From contig MU006089.1 of NCBI GenBank assembly GCA_010093705.1, positions 353,570-417,569 on the forward strand: a stretch of DNA of 64,000 nt, written 5' to 3'. The notes beneath the pieces were generated by a model, which was given only the letters and a program-made list of their open reading frames with translations, was not told where the DNA came from and made no database searches. Below are positions 51,408-64,000 of this stretch, piece by piece (the first letter of the stretch is position 1; every line of letters starts with the position of its first letter). Position numbers and translations under genes: made by a program. This DNA is from Patellaria atrata CBS 101060. Lineage: Eukaryota.

Positions 51408-52471
51408 ATGTCAAACAATAATGCAGAATTCCGGTTGGGAAACGTATTCAATGTCAAAGATAAAGTAGCCTTGGTAACTGGCGGAGGCTCTGGAATCGGT
51501 CTGATGGTAAACCTATTCATCCTTCAATTGCTCGATTATATTTATATTGTTTCAAACTCCTACTTCTATCCTCGATGCTGAAATCAGCTTCTAGATCACT
51601 CAAGCCCTTGCCGTCAACGGGGCGAAGGTCTATATCGTTGGCCGTACTGAGGAGAAGCTTGACAGAGTTGCCGAACTCTACGGCAAAGATATCGATGGCC
51701 AGATTATTCCCATCACGGGTGACGTATCTACCAAGGAGGGCGTAGTGTAAGCACTGATCATACACATATTTTCCTAATCTTATCATACTAAAGTGGTGTA
51801 GAAACATAGTGAAGGAAATTGAGTCTCGTGAGAAGTGTCTCTGCATTCTCGTCAACAACGCTGGTATAGCCGCTCCCAAGAGATTACCGGACGGCAAGAA
51901 TGCAGAGGAAGTGAAGAAGACGCTCTTCGATCCGGCTACGTGAGTCCTCTTACATTTATACGGTTCAACTTGTTCTGATTCTATCAGAGTCGAGGAGTGG
52001 ACGGATCTCTACGCCACTAATGTCGTTGGTCCCTTCTTGTTGACCACTGGATTCCTTCCACTGCTCCAGAAAGCGACAGAGCATCAATACGGATACAGTG
52101 GTTGTGTGATCAACATCACATCGATTTCTGGCCTCGTCAAAATCTCCCAGGGACATTTCTCCTACAACTCGTCCAAAGGAGCGCAAGTCCACCTTAACAA
52201 GCTTCTCGCCGCCGAAGTGGCTAAGGCTGGTTTGAAAATCCGTATCAATAGCATTGCGCCGGGTGTATTCCCTAGTGAGATGACTACCGAGGAAAGCGGT
52301 CCCGATCAAAAAAGCCTCATGCCCAAGGAGAAGAAGGAAGGATTGCCGAGTAGCAGGCCAGGCAACGATAGGGACATGGCGGCAGCCGTACTGTTTGCTG
52401 CAAGTTGCCAGTATCTCAACGGTCAAACTATTCCGGTGGACGGTGGATACCTGATTCAAGTGGGTGTCTAA
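51408..52471 (+). CDS. Short-chain dehydrogenase/reductase (RhlG-like fungal SDR); in-frame upstream ATG at 51162
   Basis: Four exons. TGGGSGIG, LVNNAG, INITSISG, catalytic YNSSK, INSIAPGVFPSEMT and VDGG. Confidence 0.92.
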
Positions 52472-53768
52472 AGGAAAGGTACTCTTTTCATTTCACACTT
52501 AGACGGATCCTTTCAAAAGCTTGAACGCAGTTGGAGTAGGGTGAATGACTCCGATTTGTGATTTGCGTGTATTCTGAGATCACTCCTTGATCATATCAAA
52601 CTTGATTCATGAATCAATATGTGAGATATCAAATTGCTGCAGCATGCATAGGTGAATCAAACATGATCAACACATCATTTTTGGGACCAGTGATTCGGCA
52701 GTTAAAAATTGCTAAAACTGACTAACGCCAACCATCAAAACCTGCAGCGGTAGTAGATCGGGAGATTCGAAGATACATTACTCTCGAATGTTCCCGCCCT
52801 TTTATATACTTCACATCCCACTTCATTTCGTTATCATGCCTTGCAGTCTTGCCTCTGCACTATGCACTTTGCAAACTATTTATTGATGGGCTTTTAAGTC
52901 GAAGGGACTAGTAGACCCTCTATTACTTGTACGGTCAAGTCTTAGCTATGGTTGGCGTCCCGGCTATAAATTTTGGAAGCTACCACAACTACCCTGCATT
53001 TTTGATACCAGCATACATTTCCCGACTATACATTTTACGCTCTATCATATTTCCTAGGCAACACCCACACTTCTCCCTTCCGGTAGTAAAATCGGAAGCC
53101 TCCTAGGTAAAAGTGTACACTATATTAGACTGGGAATATAATGTTAATCAAATGAATAGTTTATGCTAGGTAAGGGAATAGTGGCTTGTGTAATATGCTT
53201 GGAATTACATACTTGATTTATAAGTACCTTTCATCCTGCGAGGAATTTCGCTTTATGGTTGGTGACTGCTACACGTATCTTGTATACCGGCTTCGTTTGC
53301 TGCACAGGCATGTTTATCTTCTTGAAAGGTAATGAGGTACCCAGTCTGAGAGGCGACAAATCAATAATCGTTTGGGCTTTAATCTACTATCTCAGCTCAT
53401 GACTGTGTGACTCGAAGATGAACAGTCCAGATGAGTCGAAGTTATATAACTTGATTCCATTTGCTACTTAGATCTAAGAATGAAATATATGAGATTACTT
53501 TTGGTGAAAAAGGGAAGTGCTTTTTATGAATATAAGGCCAAACAAGAAAAGTGTAAGAAAGGGATAGGTTCTCGTTGGGGGATGTGTCGTACAGCACCTC
53601 GCTGAAAGGGAAGAAAGAGGGGACTAGTAAAAAGGAAGGGACAGTAAAAGAGAAAAGCCGCCCAGTGAATCCCTGAGAAATTATGACTCTGCAGTATACC
53701 GTAACTCTTTGTTCAACATCGCTTGAGTGCCGTGCGGATGAAAGGTTTTTGTTGAGGTGATTATCTTT

Positions 53769-55052
53769 TCATACATCCTCATCCGTACATCTCTCTCTGT
53801 CCCGCTTAACCAGCTCCGCTCTAAGTGTACTCATCGCTTCATCCACCACGCGCATATTTCTGTCCCCTTCTGGTCCAAATTCTCTCGCCTTCTCATACGC
53901 CAAGAGGGCTTCGTCGAGCTTATTAAGTGCACGAAGCGCCTTCGCTTTGACGAAGTACAGTGCCGCAATTTCGTAGTTAGGCGGATATTTCGGATCAGTT
54001 GGAATGGCGATAAGAAGGTTAGGGAAGGTTCGCAGAGATCCCGAATTGGTAAAGGCGTCTATAACCCCTTGGACGAGGTGAGCAACGGTTGCATTGCGCG
54101 ACGAAAACAAAAGATTAAGTAATCTACTACGGTATGCAAGGAAAATGACCCGATTGAGTCTCTTTGCAACATCGTCCAGGTGCGGTCGGGTTAGAATAGT
54201 TGTATAGTGCTGCCTCAGTGGCATCGAAAGTTCCCAGAAGATTTCGGTAAATTCATGTGGATGTCTTTGTGCCGTGCGGCAAACTGGGAGATGTATCAAT
54301 CGGTGCCAGAGTTCATCCATCCATGCGGCAGTGTTGAATCCCCGGCGCGTAACGGTTTTAGTCAACTTGTGAATGTACGCGTACGGAAAAGACTGATCTC
54401 TCCTGAAGCCTAATATGTAAAGATACCCCACATTCATTAAGCGTTGCCACGGGTCAAAGAGCCGATTAAAGGTGACAAGTTTCTCATGGCACGGTCTTCG
54501 AGCAGCTAAATATAGTTCTGTGTCCGAGAAGAACTTATCTCGGCCACGGTTGGCGAGAAAGGCGACGAGTTGAGGCAGTTCGTGGATCGATATCATCATG
54601 AATTCTTGCCGGACGTTAGGCAGTCTTGCTTTGACTAGCTGAACATCAAGCGCGTGGCGGCTACAATTGAGGATTGTGAGAGGCCTACGTATCGCCAAAT
54701 TCGGAAATTTTACACGCCCAAAGAGCTCACTTTCATTGTGCTGGTACAAGTTACAGCCTACGACGCGTATGAACAAGTTCGCAGAGTAGAAGACGTTAGC
54801 GGCTTCGTGATGAATCTGGCGGTTCGTGTATAGAAGAGCGGTGTGTACATTGTAGATGTAATCCGGATAATTCTCAAACGGGCCCGTTCCAGGACGGTGT
54901 ATGTGCTGTATAGCACTTGTAAACGTTGATACTTTCCTTCGGCGCTGATGGGAGAATGATTTGTTCGATGGATTGGCAAGATCAAGGACCTCGTGATAGA
55001 TCTTAATCCGTATCTCTGCTGGAAGATCTAAGAAGCGGAAGTGGCTAGCCAT
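53769..55052 (-). CDS. Fungal F-box-like protein with a C-terminal TPR-like repeat
   Basis: N-terminal RFLDLPAEIRIKIYHEVL and LLYTNRQIHHEAANVFYSAN; C-terminal AALYFVKAKALRALNKLDEALLAYEKARE. Confidence 0.65.
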   Translation of the reverse strand: MASHFRFLDLPAEIRIKIYHEVLDLANPSNKSFSHQRRRKVSTFTSAIQHIHRPGTGPFENYPDYIYNVHTALLYTNRQIHHEAANVFYSANLFIRVVGCNLYQHNESELFGRVKFPNLAIRRPLTILNCSRHALDVQLVKARLPNVRQEFMMISIHELPQLVAFLANRGRDKFFSDTELYLAARRPCHEKLVTFNRLFDPWQRLMNVGYLYILGFRRDQSFPYAYIHKLTKTVTRRGFNTAAWMDELWHRLIHLPVCRTAQRHPHEFTEIFWELSMPLRQHYTTILTRPHLDDVAKRLNRVIFLAYRSRLLNLLFSSRNATVAHLVQGVIDAFTNSGSLRTFPNLLIAIPTDPKYPPNYEIAALYFVKAKALRALNKLDEALLAYEKAREFGPEGDRNMRVVDEAMSTLRAELVKRDRERCTDEDV

Positions 55053-56125
55053 ATCGGATACGGTGCCTACGATCCGCGCACCTCGAAGACTGTTGTTTAT
55101 GGGCTGTCGTTTCGATTTTCAAGAGATGCAGGTCTTAAGAAGTCTTGACGGAGTTGCGAAATCTCTTTTAAAGAGTAGTAAAGCCACCAGAACCTATGAA
55201 GAACAAAAATATTATAACAAACGCCGGAGGGCAAAAATGTGAGCCTAACGGGTAAGCTTGACTTGTGAATATCCTTATAGAAGATAGTTTTTCTGGCGCT
55301 GTTTGAGTACTCCAACGCAACCAAGTGACAAGATCCGAAGACGAAAAGTTTCATCTTCACTTTGTCGAGACATTGTTCGTATACTCGGTGTACATTCACT
55401 CTTACCTAGAATTAGTCTCAGACGTTACCGTATAGGAGAGTTAAAAACAAAAAGAAGGACCTCTGTTATACGGAGGAATCGAACGTATACGTAAGAGATT
55501 TGTCCATACTTGAACTTGTTCATCCGTTACGGAATCATAGATGGTTGTTGTACAGTGCAGAGGTCACGGAATGCTAACTGTGAAAAGAGAGGAAATTAGA
55601 TTGCAGTAATCGTGCCGTTGATACAATCCGTACGATAACATGATAATACATCCGTGAACATCTTCATTCTTCTATGCCGTTCTCTACGACTTATTTCATA
55701 CTTCTTAGGTATTGGGAAATAGTGGGATATTAGAGTGAGTGAGTGGATGAAGCTTGGTCGTTGGAAGCGCATTCAGAGCTGGCTCTTAAGGCCACTAGCT
55801 CTAGTGATAGGAACGGGAGTTGAAATCAATCTCATTCAATTACCATACGGAGTATTTATGCATTTAAACCTCGAAAAGCTTTATTCATCAATTTTAAGCT
55901 CTTCATGAAGCATTCGACTCGTTTTTAGTTACTCTGATGCAGAAAGCTTCCCCGCGTTTGCGTTGTTGGCTAAAGAGTAAGGGACTGGGGAGAAATTTCT
56001 ATCATACCGTCTTTATGCGTTATTCGCAAATCTTTAGCTGGACTACTTACTATTCGTTACATCTCTATTGTCCCGTTTGATTCAAAATAGTCAGTTTTGT
56101 TTCGATCGAGGTACTGTTCAATATA

Positions 56126-58168
56126 ATGATCAACCCCAAAGCCACGGGTATCTTAGCCAGCAGTATGCTGATTAGTCTCGCCTTCGCGGGCAGGATGAAC
56201 GATATTGCGAAAAGGAGAGAATTTATGAATCCTAACTTGAGCTATCATCAGACGAGACAGGAGCAGATTCAAGTGCGGGATACTAGTGGCTTCCGTTTCT
56301 TGAGTAATGATACAAGGCGTGAGCCACCCCCGAACGGCTCCCATATCCTTCCAAATGACTGATAGACTTCAGAATACTTGGTGAAGTCATTACCGGAATT
56401 TCCTTTCGATATTGGGGAAATGTATTCTGGATGAATTCCAATCAGCAAAAGCAATAAGTCGAGAGCACTGTTCTATCTCTTTCGGCCCACCGTTGGTGAG
56501 CCTGTAAATGAAGTAACAATCTAGCTCAATGGAGGTCCAGGTTCGAAAAGGAAACCAGTGCTAATGCCCCGATAATCATTAATGAGGTATAGGGTGCAGC
56601 TCCCTCGAGGGCTTCTTCCAAGCGAATGGGCTTTTCACATGGGGTTGGGGCCAGTACGCTCCTGAGAATCCATACCCTTGGGTCAATCTTACGAATGTCC
56701 TGTGTTGTGTACTTCTAATATGGCCAATACGCTTTGATTCCGCCTTGGGTTAACAGTAATGAGGGATTGAACAACCGGTAGGTACGGGATTCTCGATTGG
56801 CGAAGTCACAGCAACCAGTGAAGAGGAAATCTCAAAGGAATTTAACGATTTCTTCCTCGACTTCTAGGAGATATTTGGTATTTCAGATCTTAAAATCTAC
56901 GTGACTAGAGAGAGCTATGCAGGACGATATGTTCCATTCATATCTAGTGATATGTTGGATAGAAACGATGCAAAGCATTTCGATCTTTCAGGGGTGTGTC
57001 ATTGGACATCTATCCCTTCTCTTACCCCAGCTAGCACTTACTGTTTTGTGTGCGCTTGCTATAATCTCATATGCCGAGATTCAAAATCAGACCTCAATAG
57101 TCGTTCTGCAATATGGACAGGGTAAGGATTGTACAGCTTTAATCCATTGTAGGGGGTAATTCACTACGTACAGCGGAATCGTAGGGCACTCTGATAGCAA
57201 GCGTACAGCAACCTTCAAATGTTATGGCGAAGGAAGAAGAATACTAAGCCGGTTGATCCAACTAACCTTCGAAATCTAGGGAATCTTATTTACGACCGGT
57301 GCATTGGTTCCTAGATCTATTCTGGTGAGCAGATTCCCGCTGTCCCCTTTGTTCTCAACAACAATAATCTTCTAAACCTCGATGCATTCTTTCTCTCCGA
57401 CCTTGAGTCTCTGTACAAGTCCTGCGGATATGCTACCTTTTGGGAGGAGTTTCTTACTTTCCCTGTGTCTGGAATTCAGCCACCACAATACTTCAATTTC
57501 ACCAGCATGGCCGGGTGTGAGGTCTGGACCTCCATTTAGGAAGCAGTGTACAAGGTAAACTCTTGCTTCAATGTCTACCAAATCAATATGTTATGTCCTC
57601 CCCTCTCGGATCCCCTCGGTTATCCAACAGACCTTCGATATGAGACCGTGGGTCCAGCTGTCTACTTCAACCGGCCAGATGTAAAGGCAGCAATGCACGC
57701 TCCTATGAATGTTCACTGGCCGTACTATTCTGACAAGGTGTTTGTAGGCGAAGGAGGACCTCAGGATGAGGGTGACCTTTCCGCTGACCCGATCCAATAC
57801 GTCCTCCCCAAGGTCATTGAAGCAATAGACCGTGTCCTGGTGTCCAACGGCAACTTGGACTTCAGTATTATAACAAACGGGACGCTCCTCGCAATTCGAA
57901 ACATGCCGTGGATGGACCATTGGGCTTTCAAAATGGACCGAACGAAAGAATTGTGATTGATCTTCCAGAACTGCCGTATAAGGCAGCATTTGAACATATG
58001 GGACTTGAGTATCTACTGGACCCGCAAGGAGTTATGGGGGTTCAGCATTATGAGCGCGGATTGATGTGGGCGGAGACCTTCCCGTCGGGTCATATGCAAC
58101 CGCAATTTCAGCCGCGGACATCGTATAGGCACCTCCAGTGGGTGCTCGGTAGGATCGAGACTTTGTAG
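56126..58168 (+). pseudogene. Secreted serine carboxypeptidase (family S10) pseudogene
   Basis: Signal peptide and S10 motifs (LNGGPGCSSLEG, EQPVGTGFS, ESYAGRY, ERGLMWAET..SGHMQPQFQP) interrupted by stops at 56432, 56522, 56865, 57312 and 57537 and a frameshift near 57910. Confidence 0.88.
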
Positions 58169-59789
58169 AGAGGAAGGTCACATCTATGCGGGCGGCCTAA
58201 GAGACAAGGACGACAGGAGCTATAAATCATCAGCATATTTGAGAAGATGGAATATTCCACATTGGTTCAAGACGCAGGTAAGTCTTGTTGAATTTGGGGT
58301 TTGTCTCATATTGTGAGCTGTACTTTGAACCATGCCGCAGTATCGCTCTAACAGTCTTGTTCCATTAATGGTTCTCTGCCCTGGTCATACTGTACAAAAT
58401 ATAGAACTGTGCTTTACAATCTCATGTAGTTAACATCAGGTATCATCCCAAGTCTCAGGGTAAATAGATGGCCGTATACCATACCTAACGCCCACAACAG
58501 CGCCGTCTCACTTCCCCAAATCCCATCACACATACAAACCCACACCAGCCCAACCGGAGATACCGTATCTCCCTTCCAATATCCCAACTAGGCTGAACCA
58601 GCGCATCTAAACCTAGCAAATCGTATAACCCATGCCCAAGCCCTTCAACCCCAGACTCACCAAACAGTACCCTTCCTACCTATCCAAGGCAGTCAGCACA
58701 GCTATTCTCAGCCCCGTCGCTTACCTAACCACGTTAACCTTATTCCATTTCGGTCAACCTTAAATCTTTAAAAACATTATGTTCTCTTAATTCCCGAGCT
58801 TAACTCCGAGCCGCGATACGCCCCAAGCGGACCGGCATCCGGTCCCTTCAGCTTCCATGTTCCAGAATCCAGACATCTACGTGCCGGGATGTGTATGTGA
58901 TGGGATGGGATCTTTAATCTTCCGCTTAATGCACGTGTTCGTGTTTTGAAGTTTCGAAGGGGTTGCGGTTGGTACGACATGGGGGGTCCGGAGTACCGTG
59001 TGCAGGATTTCGTTCCCAGGTTGCCAAGGTGTACGTGTTCTGTCGCCAAGCATTGTACTGTACGTACAGTGTTGTTGTTTTGTTGTGTTGCAGGTTGTAA
59101 CTCGTCAACAGGAGAGTAGAGCACAGTCGAATGCACAGCCCACGTTCGTGTAATGTTATTAGGACTTAGACGACGTGAGGGGGTTTGAGGTTGATGTTTA
59201 GGGGTTTTTGGTGTTAGGGGCTAGGGGTTAAAGGCCCTTACGAGCACGGTGTGTGGTAAGTGTGCTGCGATGTCGTTTCGTTACAAGTGGTTGTTTTAAT
59301 AGTTTTGAGACATCACTCTCATATGTTTGTTTGTTTGCTCGCCAAAAAAGTTCCCTGATACTGTACCTTGTACCCAGAAGTCGTGTAAGTTATTGACGAC
59401 CCTCATATATGCCAATAATAACCTTCGCGATTCCACTCCTGGAAAAATGGTTGTTATCAAGACCGAAGACAGATGCCCGCGGACAAGGAAGGAAGAATGC
59501 GGGTCTTTGAGCGAGAGTCCAGACAATTTCAACATTTACGTTCGCTCTCATACATTAGATAGAATACACAGCGAATACTCCCAAATGGAATAGAATCTAT
59601 GAGTCTAACTCTACTCCGATATTATAATCCCTCTTGACTCGCGCCGGTGTGTGAAAATAAGTCCCCAGAAAATTCGATATTACAAGCACAGTAGACCCAG
59701 TAGAACAAAAGGAAATATAGGCCGTGACAATATTCCACCCATGCTTCCCTACCACACTCCAGAAATCTCTTACACCCATTTTTTGTGCC

Positions 59790-61913
59790 TTAGGCGGCGG
59801 CAACTTCGATCTTCTTTCCCTTCAAGTTTCGCCTATCGATCGCGAGCATCGTGAACGCCACCACGGCAGCGGCAGCGGAAAGCGCAATAGCCATGATATA
59901 AGCATCTTTGAGGCCCTCCATGAAGCTCCTCACGATACCCGGGATCTGTTCCTCCGTGAAGACCTTTCTCAACTCAGTCGCGCCGGTCCCGACGACCAAC
60001 ATGGGATTGAGGCCTGGCACGCGCTTGGGTACTTCTGTTAGGAGCTTGTTTGTGAAGAGGGACTGAGCGACGGAAATCATGACGGCGCCGGAGAAGGACT
60101 GCCAGAAGACCATGATTGCGGTGATGGAGGAGACGTCTGTTTGGTCTACGACGGCTTGGGCGACGATTATGGGGAGCTGGATCGAGAGACCGACGCCGAT
60201 ACCGTTGAGTGCCTGGTAGCCGATCCATTCGGAGGATGAGGAGCCAATATCAAGGGTGTAGATCATGCCGGCGCCCACTGTGGAGAGGATGACGGCGATG
60301 AGGATGAGATGGATGTAGTGGCCTGTTACGGTAACGACACCACCAGAAACAATAGTCATGAGAGCTGCATGCTAGTTAGCGTTTGCCATAGGTAATGACT
60401 TGGATGTTCTTACCAATGCCGAGAATAAAGGGCAAGTTGCGCACACCAGAATCAGCAGCTGACACACCGGAGACGACCTGGAAGTAGATAGGGAGATAGT
60501 AGAGTAGTAATAGGAACATGCCGCTGTTGAAGACCTGGAAGGCGCTGAAAAGAGCAATGGTGCGTTGTTTGAGTAGACGGGGTACAAGCAAGGCGCGGTC
60601 CCCGAGATAGATCTCGACAGCGACGAATACTACTAGGATTAAGACGAAGCCGACGAGAAGACCGATAATTTCGGAATCATCCCAAGATTTGGTTACGCCT
60701 CCCCATTGGAGAACGAGAATAAGGCAGGTAATAGCACCCATTAGAATGAACGCGCCACCGATATCCATTTGGTAAATCTTCTCCTTCAGAGGAGCGACAA
60801 CTGGCTTCGCCTTCTTTGGAGCGGTGAAGAAGAACACGATAATCGCGGCAGATGCACCACCGATCGGAAGATTGATGTAGAAGCTATAGAGATCTCATTA
60901 GTGTTTTCTAGTCGAATAAGAGTATTTCGTCTTTGTACATACCACCAACGCCATGATACATGGTCAGTGAAGACACCACCAATAAGGGGTCCAATGACGG
61001 ATGCAACAGCATATGTAGCTCCTAGAATACCAGTGTATGCAGCTACCTGGTGAGGAGGAGCGGAAAATGCAATAATTGTATATGCTCCAGCAGCAATACC
61101 AGCACCTCCAGCACCGGCTATAGCACGCCCAACGATAAGCGTCGTGCTATTTTGAGCCACAGCTATATATTCATGTCAGTGAAAGAAATCATTATAACTG
61201 TTCGTAGACCACCTACCGCAGATAAGACTACCAATTTCAAACCAGAAGATCGAAATAAGGAACGTGAGTTTAAGTGGGAAATACTTATACGCTTTCCCCC
61301 AAGTCGATTGGAAGGATGCAACTGTGAGGAAAAAGGCGGAGCCGTACCATCCAACATCGTCAAGACTTTTGAATTCATCTGTAATGCGAGGAATTGCGGT
61401 TGCGACAATGGTCTATTTAAGAAGAAATCGGTTAGAATACTTAGATCTTACATTCTACTTTGAATATGACGGAACCTTGGATTGATGGTGGTTCGGCCAG
61501 AAAAGTTTGGTTGAATGACATTTTCATGTCTAAATTTGGGAAGGGAGCATTTAGAGGTTGAGACCCACCATATCAAGAGCAAACTATAGTCATTATTAGC
61601 AAGAATGAACGCAATCGCAATAACAATAGTGAGGACTTACCAGAAAAACACTGAGAACAACGGCTAACATAATGAATAAAAGACGAAACTTTGTAGGGTA
61701 GTCACCACTGACTGCAGGAGCCAATTGGTTATTTTCGTCATCGTCATGATGTACAATAGCTTCCTCCCGTCTACCATCAGCAGAGAGGCTTCGATCTTTC
61801 TCTTTTTCTTCCATGATACTGTTCGAAGAAGGAGTAGGTGTAGCAGACTCGTCTCCATCCTTAGGAACAGCGAGACGGTGCTCAGTCTCTTTGACTTCGG
61901 CCTGTTTATCCAT
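59790..61913 (-). CDS. MFS drug:H+ antiporter (DHA2, 14-TMS; AflT/GliA/ToxA-like efflux pump)
   Basis: Multi-exon gene from ATG 61913. [75 protein letters not shown] and [11 protein letters not shown]. Confidence 0.92.
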
Positions 61914-64000
61914 TGCTCCTGACACTAAGAACTAAAAGGGAAAGAAGAGGATGTCGAACTAGAAGCAGGTTTAAAAGAAAATGTAACAATTAGAGCAGGA
62001 TACAGAAAGTGATGTTACCTGACACCGCAGGACAATATTGATAGACGGTTGGACGAGGTAAGACACAGAAGAAGACATAGTGGACGTCGGGGCAGACTTA
62101 AATGGAATCTGATGGCGTTTCGATACGGATAGCGATCAACCAATATCGACACCTTTCAGCTGGCGGCCTTGACGGTTGAGGGGCCTGTAGTTCTGTCTCA
62201 TGTTTTGGCTGCATCTTACTGGCCATACTAAGGAACGGAGAATATCTGTCTTTGGAGGTTGTGCTTATGAAAGACGTGATACATGGTTCGTTCGTGCACG
62301 CCATTCCCGGTTTGAGTACGACAGCGGTATAACGGGCATAGGGGTTTCGGTGTTACCTGTGCAATTTACACTATTCGCCGCGAGCAAGGCGGCTGATATC
62401 GGTACTTTCATGTGCAAACACATAGTGGAGACACCAGCAGAGGGCTGAGTAAGATGTCAAAGTATCCATTGCATGTTGAAACGGTCAGTGAGTGATCGCA
62501 ACGTAAGGCCTAGGTGACGATGTAATCAAACTGATCCTTCGGAAGGGCACGGAGTACATGTGAAAAGTGAAAAGGAGCCTGCAGCCACAGATCTTGCTGC
62601 AGAGCAAAATAGAACATAGATCGCTCTGAAACGTCATTCCACAGGAACGACCCAAAGACCCGACTGTAAATTGAATGTATTCAATAGTCGTACACCGATG
62701 AACCTCTCTGGTCAAAATCATCTGAAATTTTGAAGATCGCGTATGCAGAGCGACAAAGAATTGACATACCGCCTTAAACCTACGGTATGCCTGAACTAGG
62801 GAAGGCTTTAGTTCTAGGTCTATTTGGGATACGTTTGGGGTCTTTGGGTCGATTTCCTGTGATCCTAAAACCAGGTATATTCAGGCCCTAGGAGGCCTAT
62901 TTTTCTCGACTTGAACGAGGAGCGTCAAGGTTGAAGTTGTCTGGTGTAGGTAGGGCTGCGTTAGAATTAGTTGGCTGCCGCATCCCGTAGCCCATCGTTG
63001 TCCCAAACAGGCAGCGCTAATTGATATTCTTTTACCTTAGGAACTTAGGTTTGTTCAACTATACAGTAGCGAGTGAAAGAGTCAAGAGTGTGGTTAAATT
63101 AAGCTGAATGTCGGCTGCCAGCCCGCCATGTCGTACCGAGGGGTTCTTTGATAGCGGTAATACACATTCACTCACCATGAGCAACTTTTACCCCCCTAGT
63201 AGACTGTAGTAAGCAGCTTGACTCCCCACGCTCGTGCTCATCTAAATGGCCCCTGTTATCATACCATAATCCGTGTCCATAGTCGTGGAAAAATAGTATA
63301 TATCGCTGCCCACGACCGGCGGCTCCGCTGTAAAGGTCGGTGTTCAGGTTTCTGCTGCTAAAACAAAGACCGTTAGAAAACTCAATTTAGTCAGCGGTAG
63401 TATCTCAATATCAACTCACATCCCGTTCGTGCATACGGGTGTAACTTGTAGGCTGTCCCCGAGACCCGGTGTTTACTTTCATACCTCTGTTGTCCATCGT
63501 GTCTATGTTGTTCAACAGTAGTGTGAGGCAATACAACATCTCTTAGCCAGCAGCAAGCAAAGCCAAAGGTCCCTCGTCCGATCATTTTGCATCATGTATC
63601 CGGGAGCTCTTCAAACTAATCGTTTCCAAGGTTACATTATTTCCTTTGCTATCGCAAGTTATTATACAAAATCGCTCGAAGTGTCGAGGCGCATATGCTG
63701 GAATTCCTCCTCAAGAACACCTTGAAGCATCTAGACATCGCCGTCAAAATGCAAACCAAATCCGCTCGCTCAATGCCCAATGCGACCGAATATCTAATTA
63801 CACTAAGGGAAGAGAGGAAAGGAAACCAGAGATTATAGAGCCTTAGCCTATCAGGGAGGAACTTGTAACCAAATCCACGTCAAAAAGACGAAAGATCCAC
63901 CTAAACGTTTCTCAAACGCCGTCATAGTAAAGATTTTGATACGGATTATCCACAGCTTTTTTGGGAGCCCTTTTCTTTTTCACATCAGTCCACTCATCGT

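Noticed and set aside
59175..59232. TTAGGG-like words suggesting interstitial telomeric repeats
   Set aside because: Only 2-3 non-tandem imperfect copies in G/T-rich sequence.

Overview
Gene-dense, intron-containing DNA (GT..AG introns, CTRAC/CTAAY branch sites) from a filamentous ascomycete (Pezizomycotina); the species cannot be fixed from sequence alone. The main specialised-metabolism feature is a three-gene mycosporine (UV-sunscreen) cluster at 4.6-11.1 kb: an ATP-grasp ligase, an O-methyltransferase and a divergently transcribed demethyl-4-deoxygadusol synthase. Most of 12-46 kb is conserved housekeeping genes: kinesin-7, Ies1, Ded1, cyclophilin B, mitoribosomal uS13, Cym1, taxilin, nitronate monooxygenase and the DNA pol delta small subunit. 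From about 46 kb onward the region looks accessory, with an orphan membrane protein and associated repeat array, an SDR, an F-box-like/TPR protein, a pseudogenised S10 carboxypeptidase and an MFS efflux pump. Other notable signals are a FUT8/GT23-like fucosyltransferase candidate, an alternative splice that would swap cyclophilin B's HAEL tail for a membrane anchor, a hairpin-repeat array whose core motif also occurs inside the neighbouring ORF, a divergent SUMO-like protein, and a recurrent intergenic TAAGGTA/TACCTTA motif. All calls come from manual reading and motif recognition; no searches were run.
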